Source: Magnetospirillum sp. WYHS-4 (GTDB taxonomy: Bacteria; Pseudomonadota; Alphaproteobacteria; Rhodospirillales; GLO-3). Taken from it: 64,000 bases of DNA. The DNA lies in assembly GCA_039908345.1 (NCBI GenBank), contig JAMOBD010000006.1, positions 2,329 through 66,328 on the forward strand, given 5' to 3'. The translations under genes were made by a program, and so were the position numbers. Below the pieces are notes generated by a model. It ran no database searches. It was not told where the DNA came from and saw nothing but the letters and a program-made list of their open reading frames with translations. How positions within the stretch are numbered: position 1 is the stretch's first letter; each line of letters begins with the position of its first letter. This document shows, in pieces, positions 46,455 to 58,559 of this stretch.

Positions 46455-47108
46455 ATGACGGCGAAACCCAGGGATATCGAGATCGTCGAGGTGGAAACAC
46501 CCTTTCGCGGCTATTTCCGCATCGACCGCTACAAGCTGCGCCACGAACTGTTCGAAGGGGGCATGAGCGGCGTCATGAGCCGCGAGGTCTTCGAACGCGG
46601 CCATGCGGCGACCATCCTTCTTTACGATCCCGACCGCGAGAAGCTGGTGTTCGTCGAACAGTTCCGCATCGGCGCCTACGCCGCCGCCCGCAACTCGCCC
46701 TGGTTCGCCGAAGATTTTTCCCCCTGGCTGATCGAGACCGTGGCCGGCATCATCGATGCCGGCGAAACGCCCGAACAGGTGGTGCGCCGCGAGGCCGGCG
46801 AGGAAGCCGACTGCCTGGTGCTGGACGTCATCCCGGTCATGCACTACCTGGTCAGCCCCGGCGGCACGACGGAATCCCTGTTCGTCTTCGTCGGACGTGT
46901 CGATTCCACCCAGGCCGGCGGCATCTTCGGTCTCCGGGAGGAACACGAAAACATCCGCGTCCTGGTGGCCGGGGTGGACGAAGCCTTCGCTTGGCTGGAC
47001 GAAGGCCGCATCGTCAATTCCATGACCCTGATCCCCCTGATGTGGTTCCGCCACCACCGGGAGTCGGTACGACGGCGTTTCTTGGAAGGCGTCACGCCGT
47101 CCGCGTGA
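46455..47108 (+). CDS. NUDIX hydrolase (ADP-ribose pyrophosphatase-like)
   Basis: ORF 46416..47108 trimmed to MTAKPRDIEIV. Nudix box GIIDAGETPEQVVRREAGEEA. Confidence 0.8.
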   Translation: MTAKPRDIEIVEVETPFRGYFRIDRYKLRHELFEGGMSGVMSREVFERGHAATILLYDPDREKLVFVEQFRIGAYAAARNSPWFAEDFSPWLIETVAGIIDAGETPEQVVRREAGEEADCLVLDVIPVMHYLVSPGGTTESLFVFVGRVDSTQAGGIFGLREEHENIRVLVAGVDEAFAWLDEGRIVNSMTLIPLMWFRHHRESVRRRFLEGVTPSA

Positions 47109-47871
47109 AGACGCCGTAGGCGATGTGGTAGGTCAGGGCCAGTTCGCCCTGGGCGTCCAGGTGGCGCAACAGGCGGCGCAGGGTGCCCGCCGGCAGGGGC
47201 CGGTAGCCGGGCGCCGGGACCTGCGCCCCGGTCTCGCGCAAGGCCTCCAGGAAGGCCAGGGCATTCGGATAGCTCCTGATTAACCGTTCTTCGGTGAATT
47301 TCAGATTGCCGTTGTCGGGCCACGCCATGGCGATGCGATCCGCACCGGGCAGGCGCGGGACGCCGCAATCGATGCCCAGGTCGGCATGGGCGCGGCGCCA
47401 TTCGACGGCGCTGTCCTCGGCCAGGGTGGAAACCGCCAGGTAGCCGCCGGCCGCCAGCCGTTCCGACAGGCGGGCCAGGCCGGCTCCCAGGTCGTCGAAC
47501 CACTGCACCGCCAGGTTGGAAACGATCAGGTCGAAGGGGCCGTCCACGTCCGGGGCCTCACCGTCCATGACGCGGAACTCCAGGCCCGGCCGCCCGGCCA
47601 GGGTCTGGCGGCACCGGTCCAGCATGCCCTCCGCGATATCAGTCACCACCCAGGAGCAGCCCGCCGGCAGATGGTCGATCAGCAGGCGGGTCAGGATGCC
47701 GGTTCCCGCCCCCACCTCAAGGACCCGGTAGTTTTCGCGCAACGGCAGCTTGATCGCCATGGCCGCCAGATGTTCGGCCGCGTGGCGTTGCAGATGGGCA
47801 GCCGCGTCGTAGGTGGCGGCGGCCTGGCCGAAGGACCGGGCGATGCGTTGCTTGCGGGCGCCTGGGATCAT
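47092..47871 (-). CDS. bioC: malonyl-[ACP] O-methyltransferase BioC
   Basis: 3' part of ORF 47092..48516 from MIPGARKQRIARSFGQAAATYDAAAHLQR. SAM motif VLEVGAGTG. ATGA overlap with the upstream hydrolase gene. Confidence 0.8.
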   Translation of the reverse strand: MIPGARKQRIARSFGQAAATYDAAAHLQRHAAEHLAAMAIKLPLRENYRVLEVGAGTGILTRLLIDHLPAGCSWVVTDIAEGMLDRCRQTLAGRPGLEFRVMDGEAPDVDGPFDLIVSNLAVQWFDDLGAGLARLSERLAAGGYLAVSTLAEDSAVEWRRAHADLGIDCGVPRLPGADRIAMAWPDNGNLKFTEERLIRSYPNALAFLEALRETGAQVPAPGYRPLPAGTLRRLLRHLDAQGELALTYHIAYGVFTRTA

Positions 47872-48485
47872 GCCCCGAGAACCTCCTTGATGACGGCGGC
47901 GCACCACTCGGGCCGGGTGCGGGGCAGCAGATGCCCGCCGGTCTCGCTCCAGCGCGCCTTGCCTTCGGGGAAGCCCAGGGCGGCCGGCGGCACCAGCGGA
48001 TCGTCGCGGGCCGCGAGGAATAACGCCGGAGCCGGGTCGTTGTCGAGAGCCCGCCGCGCATCCCGGTCCCGCAGCCAGTGCAAGCCTTCCCCGAGACGGG
48101 GGACGTCGAGACGCATCGGCCGGTCGGTGCAGCCGCAAAGGGCCAGGAAGTCCCCCACCACCCGGAAGGCATCGTCCTCCAGGCGGCGACCCATGCGCTC
48201 CAGCACCCGCGGCGCCACGGCGTCCGTGAAGCGCCCGAAGGCGTTGATGCCGACGAAGGCGTCCCAGCGGAAGGGCCGTTCGGTCAGCAGCCACAAGGCC
48301 CCCAGGGAATGGCCCATGGCCACCACCCGGCGGCCGTCCGAAGGCAGGTCCGGGACCAGCGGCGCGCCGCGGAAACCCAGGTCGATACAGTGGAATTCCG
48401 CTTCCGGAAGAGCATGAACCAGGGGCAGCCAGAAGCCGGCCCCGAAGGCCCAGCCGTGCACGGCGACGACGACGGCGTCCTTCAC
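47868..48485 (-). CDS. alpha/beta hydrolase, BioH-like pimeloyl-[ACP] methyl ester esterase
   Basis: ORF 47868..48485. Nucleophile elbow GHSLG. Sits between bioF and bioC. Confidence 0.7.
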   Translation of the reverse strand: MKDAVVVAVHGWAFGAGFWLPLVHALPEAEFHCIDLGFRGAPLVPDLPSDGRRVVAMGHSLGALWLLTERPFRWDAFVGINAFGRFTDAVAPRVLERMGRRLEDDAFRVVGDFLALCGCTDRPMRLDVPRLGEGLHWLRDRDARRALDNDPAPALFLAARDDPLVPPAALGFPEGKARWSETGGHLLPRTRPEWCAAVIKEVLGA

Positions 48486-49660
48486 GACCGGAACCCGGCC
48501 AGGCCGGGAACGGCATCGAGCAGCAGTCCCAGTTCCGCCTCCCCGTGGGCGGCGCTCATGGCCAGGCGGATACGGCTGGTACCCTGGGGCACGGTGGGCG
48601 GTCGGATGGCGATGCCCAGCACCCCCCGGTCCTCCAGGTAGCGGCTGGCCTCCAGGGCCTTTTCCGGAGACCCGATCACCGCCGGTACGATCTGGCTGTC
48701 GGAAGCCAGGGTGTCGAGTCCCGCCGCCCCGAGGGCCTGGCGCGCCCGTTCGGCGTGGGAACGCAGAAGGAAGCGTTCGGCTTCCAGGTCCGGCACCAGG
48801 TCGAGGGCGGCGTCGATGGCGCCCAGGACGGCGGGCGGCAGGGCGGTGGCGTAGATGAACCCGGCCGAGCGGTTGACCAGCCAGTCGCAGAGCTTCCGCG
48901 ACCCCGCCACGTAGGCGCCGAAGCTGCCCATGCCCTTGCTGAAGGTGCCCATGGCGATCTCCACCCGGCCCGGATACAGCCCGGACAGCCCCATCCCCTT
49001 GGGCCCCAGAACACCCGTGGCATGGGCCTCGTCCAGATAGAGCACGGCGCCATGGTGTTCGGCCAGGCCCACCAGGGCGCGCAGATCGGGCCGGTCGCCG
49101 TCCATGCTGAACACCGATTCGGTGACGATGAAGCGCACCCCCGGCTTGCCGGCATTGGCCCTGAGCAGGCTTTCCAGGTGATCCATGTCATTGTGATGGA
49201 AGCGGATTTGGCGGACCTGGGCCAGGCCGGCATGCAGGCTGGCATGGATCAGGCGGTCGGCGAAGACCAGGGGCTCGGCCCCCAGCATGTCGCGATCCAG
49301 CAGGGCGGGCAGGATCGCCGCGTTGGCCTGGTATCCGGAATTGAAGATCAGGGCCGCTTGCGTGCCCTTCAGACGGGCCAGCTTGGCCTCGACGGCGGCA
49401 TGGATTTCCAGGGTCCCGGTGACCAGGCGCGAGGCCCTGGCCCCGGCGCCCCATTCTTCGGCCCACCGGGCGGCGCGGCCGATCACCTCGGGATGGCGGG
49501 CGAGGCCCAGGTAGTCGTTGGAGGAAAAATCCACCAGCCGGCGGTCGCCGCGGACCACAATGCCGCCGGGTTGGGGCCGGCAGGGCCGGAGTTCCCGCCA
49601 GGCGCCGGCCCGGCGGATGCCAGCCAGGGCTTGTTCGAGACGGTCGTCCAACTGGCCCAT
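48482..49660 (-). CDS. bioF: 8-amino-7-oxononanoate synthase
   Basis: ORF 48482..49660. SNDYLGL, DEAHATG and the PLP-Lys region GTFSKGMG. Confidence 0.9.
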   Translation of the reverse strand: MGQLDDRLEQALAGIRRAGAWRELRPCRPQPGGIVVRGDRRLVDFSSNDYLGLARHPEVIGRAARWAEEWGAGARASRLVTGTLEIHAAVEAKLARLKGTQAALIFNSGYQANAAILPALLDRDMLGAEPLVFADRLIHASLHAGLAQVRQIRFHHNDMDHLESLLRANAGKPGVRFIVTESVFSMDGDRPDLRALVGLAEHHGAVLYLDEAHATGVLGPKGMGLSGLYPGRVEIAMGTFSKGMGSFGAYVAGSRKLCDWLVNRSAGFIYATALPPAVLGAIDAALDLVPDLEAERFLLRSHAERARQALGAAGLDTLASDSQIVPAVIGSPEKALEASRYLEDRGVLGIAIRPPTVPQGTSRIRLAMSAAHGEAELGLLLDAVPGLAGFRS

Positions 49661-49664
49661 GGGA

Positions 49665-50300
49665 TCACCCGTCCAGGCCGGGGAACAGGCCCTTGAGGCC
49701 CACCGCCATGATCTGCACCGCGACGGCGGCCAGGATCAAACCGATCAGGCGGTTCAGGATGTTGATGCCGGTGACGCCCAGGCGCTGGCCGATGGGTACC
49801 GCCAGGCGCAACGCCAGCCAGATCGCCAGGCAGACCAGGGCGATGCAGGCGATCACCATGCCCAGGTTGCCCGGCGTGGGATCGCGCTGGACCTGGATGA
49901 TGGTGGTACTGATGGCGCCCGGCCCGGCCAGCAAGGGGATGCCCAGCGGCACCACGCCGACGCCCTGCTTGAGCCCGGCCTCGGCCGCCTCTTCCGGCTT
50001 GTGACGCAGGGGGCCGACCTCGGCCTGCAGCATGGAAACGGCCATCAGCAGGAGAACGATGCCCCCCCCCACCCGGAAGGCGTCCAGGCTGGTGCCCAGC
50101 AGGAACAGCACCAGGTCGCCCGACAAGGCGGCGACCGCCAGCACGACGAAGACCGTCGATACCGTGGCCCGCGCCGTGCGGCGCTTTTCCGGGACGCTCT
50201 GGCCCTCGGTCAAGGTAAGGAAGATGGGAATGGCCGAAAAGGGATCGAGGATGGCCAGCATGGCCACTACGTACCGGCTGTAGTCGCCGAAGGTTTCCAT
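49665..50300 (-). CDS. MarC/UPF0056-family integral membrane protein
   Basis: ORF 49665..50300. Multi-TM protein with AMLAILDPFSAIPIFL and PLGIPLLAGPGAIST motifs. Confidence 0.8.
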   Translation of the reverse strand: METFGDYSRYVVAMLAILDPFSAIPIFLTLTEGQSVPEKRRTARATVSTVFVVLAVAALSGDLVLFLLGTSLDAFRVGGGIVLLLMAVSMLQAEVGPLRHKPEEAAEAGLKQGVGVVPLGIPLLAGPGAISTTIIQVQRDPTPGNLGMVIACIALVCLAIWLALRLAVPIGQRLGVTGINILNRLIGLILAAVAVQIMAVGLKGLFPGLDG

Positions 50301-50310
50301 GGCGGGCGGC

Positions 50311-50808
50311 CTATTTGGCCGCCACCTTGTCGATGACCGCGTTCAGCCCGGCCAGCAGCTTCTCGCCCAAGGGGCCGCCGTCGCCCTTGAGGTTCTGGGC
50401 GATGACCAGCTTCAGCGAATCGACGTGGACCTTGATGACGTCCACATGCTTGGGGCTCGGGTCCGGCTCCCTTTCGATAAAGCGGCAGAGACTGTTGCCG
50501 ATCACGGTCATCAGGTTGTAGCCGAAGCTGCCGCCCTGGCCCTTGATGTCATGGGCGACCTGGAAAACCCGGTCGGCGGCGGCCTTGCGTTCGGCCTCGG
50601 GAGCGGCAGCCAGGGCATCGTAGGCGGTCTGGATCTTGACCAGATCTTCCTGCACCCACTGCAAATAGCTGTCGGTCAGGTTGGCGATCACCGCCTCCGC
50701 ACGCTCCAGCGCCGCCAGATCGACGGCACCGGGTCCGCCCTCGCGGACCTTGGACTTCAAGGTGTCGGGCGGACGGATGACGCTGACTTCGTTTTCGTCG
50801 TCGGCCAT
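50311..50808 (-). CDS. Hpt (histidine phosphotransfer) domain protein
   Basis: ORF 50311..50808. Phospho-His motif AHDIKGQGGSFGY. Confidence 0.75.
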   Translation of the reverse strand: MADDENEVSVIRPPDTLKSKVREGGPGAVDLAALERAEAVIANLTDSYLQWVQEDLVKIQTAYDALAAAPEAERKAAADRVFQVAHDIKGQGGSFGYNLMTVIGNSLCRFIEREPDPSPKHVDVIKVHVDSLKLVIAQNLKGDGGPLGEKLLAGLNAVIDKVAAK

Positions 50809-50932
50809 AGAAAACGATCCCTCTCAGAGACTCCGCGTCACCCTATATGCGCCACCACCCAGACGCAAGCCGAAAGCCCCGGCCCGACATCGGCCCTTGA
50901 CCCGGCCGGCCTCGCCCCGCGACATTAGGGGC

Positions 50933-51618
50933 ATGAAACACGGCAACTCTTCCGGTTCCGGGGTCGAGGTCCGCGTCTGGGACCTGCCGACCCGCCTTTT
51001 CCATTGGGCCCTCGTGGCGCTGGTGGCCGACGCCTTCCTGAGCGCCAAGTTCGGCGACGTGACCATGACCTGGCACAAATGGAACGGTTACGCCATCCTG
51101 ACCTTGCTGGCTTTCCGCCTGATCTGGGGCATGATCGGAAGTTCCACCGCCCGTTTCGCCGATTTCGTCCGCGGGCCCCGCGCCATTGCCGCCTACCTGC
51201 GCGGGGAAATCCATCCTTACGGCCACAACCCTCTAGGCGCCCTGATGGTGCTGGCGTTGCTGGCGATGCTGGCTTTCCAGGGCACGATGGGCCTGTTCGC
51301 CACCGACGACATCCTAGTCAGCGGCCCTCTCAAGCATACGGTTTCCGCCGCCACCGCCAAGCGCTTCACCGGCCTCCACAAGATCGGCTACTGGGCGATC
51401 CTGGGCTTGGTGGCGGTCCACGTGGGGGCGGTGTTGGCCTACCTGCTGGTGCGGAAGGAAAATCTGACCCGCCCCATGATCACCGGCTACAAGAGCGCCG
51501 CAGGCCACGCGGGCGAGCCCTTCCCGACCCTGGAACCGCTATGGCGGGCCGGCCTGGCCTTGGCCCTGGCGGCGTCGATCGTCTGGGGCGGAGTGAACGG
51601 CTGGCCGCTGCTGGCCCA

Positions 51619-51622
<4 letters not shown>
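50933..51622 (+). CDS. cytochrome b561 / Ni-Fe-hydrogenase b-type cytochrome family membrane protein
   Basis: 3' part of ORF 50681..51622 from MKHGNSSG. VWDLPTRLFHWALV plus four TM helices with conserved His residues. Confidence 0.75.
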
Positions 51623-53824
<2,202 letters not shown>

Positions 53825-53825
<1 letters not shown>

Positions 53826-55234
53826 TGGACTACCGCAACCTGCATCCGTCCATCCTCCGGGCCTACGACATCCGGGGCATCGTCGGCGATACCTTTTCGG
53901 CGGCCGACACCTATGCCGTCGGCCGGGCCTTCGGCACCGTGGTGCGGGAAGGCGGCGGGCGCAGCGTGGCGGTGGGCCGCGACGGCCGCCTCAGTTCCCC
54001 GGAACTGGAAGCAGCCCTGGTAGACGGCCTCGCCAAGGCCGGCCTGAAGATCTACCGGATCGGTGTCGGGCCCTCGCCCATGCTCTATTTCGCCGACCGG
54101 CTGCTGGAAACCGACGGGGCGTTGATGATAACGGGCTCGCACAATCCGTCCCATTACAACGGCGTCAAGATGGTGCTGAAGCACAAGCCCTTCTTCGGCG
54201 AGGCCATCTTGCGCCTGGGCGCCATCGCGGCGGGCGGCGGCTACGATACCGCCCCCGGCGCCCTGGTGATCGACCGCCCCGTGATGGACGAATACATCGC
54301 CCGCCTGCTCGAAGACTGGCGCGGCCACCGCAGCCTGCGCGTGGCCTGGGACCCGGGCAACGGCGCGGCCGGCGAGGCCGTGCAGCGCTTGGTCAAGGAG
54401 TTGCCGGGCCACCACGTCCTCATCAACGAGGCCATCGACGGCACCTTCCCCGCCCATCATCCCGACCCCACGGTGGAAGCCAACCTGGCCCAATTGAAGG
54501 ACCTGGTGGCCCGCGAGTCCTGCGACCTGGGGCTCGCCTTCGACGGCGACGGCGACCGCATCGGCGTGGTGGACGGCATGGGCCGGGTGCTGTGGGGCGA
54601 CCAGCTGCTGGTGGTCCTGGCCGGCGAGGTGCTGGCGGAACGGCCGGGCGCCCCCATCATCGCCGACGTGAAGGCCAGCCGCGTCTTCGTCGACGAGATC
54701 GCCCGCTTGGGCGGCAAGCCCCTGCTGTGGAAGACCGGCCATTCCCTCATCAAGTCCAAGATGGCGGAAGACGACGTGCCCTTGGCCGGCGAGATGAGCG
54801 GCCACATCTTCTTCGCCGACCGCTGGTACGGGTTCGACGACGCGCTCTATGCCGCGCTCCGCCTGCTGTCCATCCTGGCCCGCACGGACGTCAGCCTGGC
54901 CGAGATGCGCGACGCCCTGCCCGCCCTGGTCAATACGCCGGAACTGCGCTTCGACTGCCCGGAAGACCGCAAGTTCGAAGTGGTGGAAGCGGTGCGCGCC
55001 GCCCTCGCCCGCCGGCCGGGCATCCGCATCAATTCCATCGACGGCCTGCGCGTCGACACCGAGGACGGCTGGTGGCTGGTGCGGGCCTCCAATACCCAGG
55101 CTGTGCTGGTGGCCCGTTGCGAATCGGCCACCTACGAGGGGCTGGAACGCCTGAAGGCCGATCTGCGGGAGTGCCTGGAGAATGCGGGCCTGAACCTCCC
55201 CGCCGACATGGACGGGGCCCACGCCGGAACCTGA
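53825..55234 (+). CDS. phosphomannomutase/phosphoglucomutase (AlgC/ManB type)
   Basis: 3' part of ORF 53228..55234 from MDYRNLHPSILRAYDIRG (ATG overlaps the pgm TGA). TGSHNPSHYNG and FDGDGDRIG. Confidence 0.9.
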
Positions 55235-55308
55235 GAGTGACTGGAGTCACTTCGCAGGCTGACCTTTCGGTGGCATGATGTGCGGGTCTCCAGAAGGAGT
55301 GCCTTCCG

Positions 55309-56139
55309 ATGTCCGATATCGCCCTGGGTTCTGTCCAACGGTCCATCGTCAGCCATCGCCGGGACGCCACCGAAGCGCGGCAGGCAGCGACGCAACGGCT
55401 GGCCACGGGACGCAAGGTCTCCGGAATCGCCGACGACGCGGTCCGGTTCCTGCAATCGAAGGGACTGACCGCCAGGGTCCAGGAACTTGCCAACGTCAAG
55501 GCCGACATCGGCCGCGGCATCGACACCCTGGCCGCCACCCAGGTGGGGCTGGAAGCCATCGGCAAACTGACCGACCAGTTGAAGGGTATCGCCTATGCGG
55601 CGGCCGGCAACGAGGACCAGCGGGCCGAACTGGCCAAGCAGTTCGACGTGGTGCGCCGGCAGATGGACGCCTTGGCCGGCGACGTCTCGTACCGGGGCAC
55701 CAACCTGGTCGCCAATCCCGCCGACTCCTTGCGGGTTTCCGCCAGCGACAAGCCGGGCACCGAACTGACCGTGGACGGCAAGGCCTCGGACGTGACCAGC
55801 CTGGGCGTCGGCAGCGCCGCCACCGCCTACAACGATTTCGCCGACCTGGCGAGCATCGAGGCGGCCATCGACGCCGCCGACACGGCGCGCCGGACGGTCC
55901 AGGCCAACGCTTCCGCCATGGGCGCCAACGCCGCCATCCTCCAGGTGCGGGACGCCTTCACCGAAAATCTGTCCAACGTCCTGCAGGCCGGCGCCGACAA
56001 GCTGGTGGCTTCCGATCTCGGCGAGGAAGCGGCGCGCGCCATGGCCGCCAACGTCCAGGAAGCCTTCGCCGGCAACAGCCTGCGCATGGCGGCCAATTCG
56101 GACGCGGCCATCGCCGGCCTGATGTCCGGAACGGCCTGA
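55309..56139 (+). CDS. flagellin-family protein (short alphaproteobacterial type)
   Basis: ORF 55309..56139. N-terminal RLATGRKVSGIADDAV and C-terminal MGANAAILQVRDAF...LVASDLGEEAARAMAANVQEAF match flagellin D0/D1 helices. flaF follows. Confidence 0.75.
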   Translation: MSDIALGSVQRSIVSHRRDATEARQAATQRLATGRKVSGIADDAVRFLQSKGLTARVQELANVKADIGRGIDTLAATQVGLEAIGKLTDQLKGIAYAAAGNEDQRAELAKQFDVVRRQMDALAGDVSYRGTNLVANPADSLRVSASDKPGTELTVDGKASDVTSLGVGSAATAYNDFADLASIEAAIDAADTARRTVQANASAMGANAAILQVRDAFTENLSNVLQAGADKLVASDLGEEAARAMAANVQEAFAGNSLRMAANSDAAIAGLMSGTA

Positions 56140-56142
56140 TCC

Positions 56143-56505
56143 GTGAAGCCGGGCGGCTACGGCGCCTATTCCCGCACGTCCACGGCTTCCTTAAGCGGCC
56201 GGCGCCTGGAAGGCCAGGCCTTCGCCAAGGCCGCCGCCCTGCTGGCCCAAGCCGTGGACCACCCGGCGGCTCTCGCCAAGGCCCTGCGCTTCAACAACAA
56301 CCTCTGGACCGTCGTGCAGGCGGACGTCGCAGGCCCGGACAGCCGCCTGCCCGAGCCTCTCAAGGGGCAGATCGTCGCCCTCAGCTTGTTCATGGACAAG
56401 CAGACGTTCGCACTGTTGGCGGCTGGCCACGACCGCAAGGCCTTGGAGGCCATGGCGGCGATCAATCGCTCCCTGGCGTCGGGGCTGTTGCAGAGCCAAG
56501 GGTGA
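56143..56505 (+). CDS. flaF: flagellar biosynthesis regulator FlaF
   Basis: ORF 56143..56505 (GTG start). ~120 aa, immediately after the flagellin gene. YSRTS...SGRRLEGQAF is a FlaF-like N-terminus. Confidence 0.7.
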   Translation: MKPGGYGAYSRTSTASLSGRRLEGQAFAKAAALLAQAVDHPAALAKALRFNNNLWTVVQADVAGPDSRLPEPLKGQIVALSLFMDKQTFALLAAGHDRKALEAMAAINRSLASGLLQSQG

Positions 56506-58555
56506 AGATGAATCGGCTGCCCTGGCCGGGGTCGCTCTCCACCCAAATGCGCCCGCCGTGACGTTCGACGATGCGGCGGCAGACCGCCAGGCCAACACCC
56601 GTACCTTCGAATTCGTTGGGCCCGTGGAGTCTCTGGAAGACCTTGAAGAGGCGATCGAACTGTCGGGAGTCGATGCCGATTCCATTGTCGGCAATGGTAA
56701 TTTCCCAGCCCTCCCCGTCCTTCCGTGATGTAACCGAAACTGACGGGACGACATCGGATCGTCGATATTTGATGGCGTTGCCAATGAGGTTCTGGAACAA
56801 GCGCATCAACTGGCTGCTATCGCCAAGGACGACGGGAAGGTCTTCCACATCCACGCGAGCATCGGCTTCTTGCACGGCAATGCGGAGATTGGACAGAGCC
56901 TGCGTGGCTGCCCTGTTAAGATCGACGACGCCAAAGATGTTTCCTTGGGTGTTCACCCGCGAGAACTCAAGCAAATCCCGGATCATCGCCGTCATACGCT
57001 TGCCGCTGTCGACGGCAATGGCGATCAGTTCGTCGCCCTCCCCTCCAAGCTGCGCTTTGAATCGGTGCTGCAGCAATTGGAGAAAACTCACGATATTGCG
57101 CAATGGAGCCTGGAGGTCATGGGAAATGGCATAGGAAAACTGCTCGAGGTCGGCGTTAGAACGCTGCAGGGCGGCACTTGCCTCGATGACCTTCCTTTCA
57201 TCCATCTTGCGGTTGGTGACGTCCTCCTTGACGCCAACGTAGTGGGTAATCCTGCCGTCCCGGTCCTTGATGGGAGAAATCGAGGCGAATTCCCAATAGA
57301 TATCTCCATTCTTACGCTTGTTGACCATCTCGCCGTGCCAGACTGCCCCCGCCATCAAAGTCCGCCAGAGATCGTCGTAAACTTCCGGCGCCGTTCGCCC
57401 GGACTGGAGAATGCGGGGATTTCTGCCCTGAACCTCTTCCAGGGTATATCCGGTGGCCTGGCAGAACCGGGGATTGACATATTCGATCGCACCATTCAGG
57501 TCGGTGATAACGACACTGACGGGGCTTTGTTCGATAGCCATGGATAGCTTGCGCAGCATCCCTTCCACGCGATGCCGCTCGCTGATGTCCCGGACGCTGG
57601 CGACCCGGACGGAAACACCGTCGTAAACGACGTTCCGACCGCAGACTTCCGCGGGAAAGATGCTGCCGTCCTTGCGCTGCATGTCCGCCTCGTAGGGATC
57701 TTGATTTCCGGCCACGATGTTCCGTCTGATCGTTTCCCGCGATTCCTTGGTCGGAAGATGCAGAAAGCTCTGGCCCACCAGTTCCTTCCGGTCGAAGCCG
57801 AACAAGCGGCAGAAGGACGTGTTCACGTCGAGTATCCTGGTCCCGTCGTGAATGATGATTCCCTCGGCGGTCAGTTCGGACAGGCGCTCGTAACGAGCTT
57901 GGCTTTCGCTGATCTGACGGTACAGGTCGTGGATGCGGCTGGACATCTCGTTGAAGCTGGCTGCCGTCCGCGCCAACTCGTCCCGCCCCCAAACGGGGAT
58001 TTGGTATCCGAATTTGCCGATGGCCAGATGTTTCGCGCCCTCTTCCAACCGACCCAACTGCCGGGTGAGATAGAGGCCAAGCAGGAACGAGAACAAGGCC
58101 ACCAAGATCATCTCCAGAACCGCGATGGGGGCGATTTGCTGGAGGACATCCCGCTTGGCCTCTTCCACGGACGCCAAGGATAGGGAGACTTCAACACGTC
58201 CGTATTCGACATCCGCGACCGCGATGCCCCTGGAATAGCGGCCGATCATATCGCCTGACAGGTCCGAAACGCCGCTGTCCGCCAACTGATGTCCAGCGGA
58301 ATCGATCACCCGCGCATGAACGACGCCAGGATTCCCTCGGACTTCCCTAACCACGCTGTCCAAGGTGGCCAAGTCGCTGGCCAGGACGGCATCCTTGGCA
58401 ATGCTGGCGAAGAGCGTCAGCATGGTATCGACGCGCTTGGCGATCTCCGCCTCGTGGGATTCGCGTAGATTGGCCAGGCTGCTCCCAATCAGGATGGCAA
58501 GGAGAAGGGCCTCGATCACCGCCACCCCTAGAATGGTCTTCAGGCGGAATGACAT
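56462..58555 (-). CDS. HAMP/PAS-PAS sensor histidine kinase
   Basis: ORF 56462..58594 trimmed to MSFRLKTILGV. Two TM helices, HAMP, two PAS (ITDLNGAIEYVNPRF), H-box FSYAISHDLQAPL, GTGVGLAVCRRIV. Confidence 0.85.
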   Translation of the reverse strand: MSFRLKTILGVAVIEALLLAILIGSSLANLRESHEAEIAKRVDTMLTLFASIAKDAVLASDLATLDSVVREVRGNPGVVHARVIDSAGHQLADSGVSDLSGDMIGRYSRGIAVADVEYGRVEVSLSLASVEEAKRDVLQQIAPIAVLEMILVALFSFLLGLYLTRQLGRLEEGAKHLAIGKFGYQIPVWGRDELARTAASFNEMSSRIHDLYRQISESQARYERLSELTAEGIIIHDGTRILDVNTSFCRLFGFDRKELVGQSFLHLPTKESRETIRRNIVAGNQDPYEADMQRKDGSIFPAEVCGRNVVYDGVSVRVASVRDISERHRVEGMLRKLSMAIEQSPVSVVITDLNGAIEYVNPRFCQATGYTLEEVQGRNPRILQSGRTAPEVYDDLWRTLMAGAVWHGEMVNKRKNGDIYWEFASISPIKDRDGRITHYVGVKEDVTNRKMDERKVIEASAALQRSNADLEQFSYAISHDLQAPLRNIVSFLQLLQHRFKAQLGGEGDELIAIAVDSGKRMTAMIRDLLEFSRVNTQGNIFGVVDLNRAATQALSNLRIAVQEADARVDVEDLPVVLGDSSQLMRLFQNLIGNAIKYRRSDVVPSVSVTSRKDGEGWEITIADNGIGIDSRQFDRLFKVFQRLHGPNEFEGTGVGLAVCRRIVERHGGRIWVESDPGQGSRFIFTLGSATAPTPGSD

Positions 58556-58559
58556 GCCC

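Noticed and set aside
55235-55308. sigma54 (-24/-12) promoter TGGCAT...GC upstream of the flagellin gene, and the palindrome AGTGACT-GG-AGTCACT
   Set aside because: The GG-to-GC spacing is 8 nt instead of the required 10. The palindrome has a 2-nt loop and may simply be the end of the upstream transcript. The evidence is insufficient.
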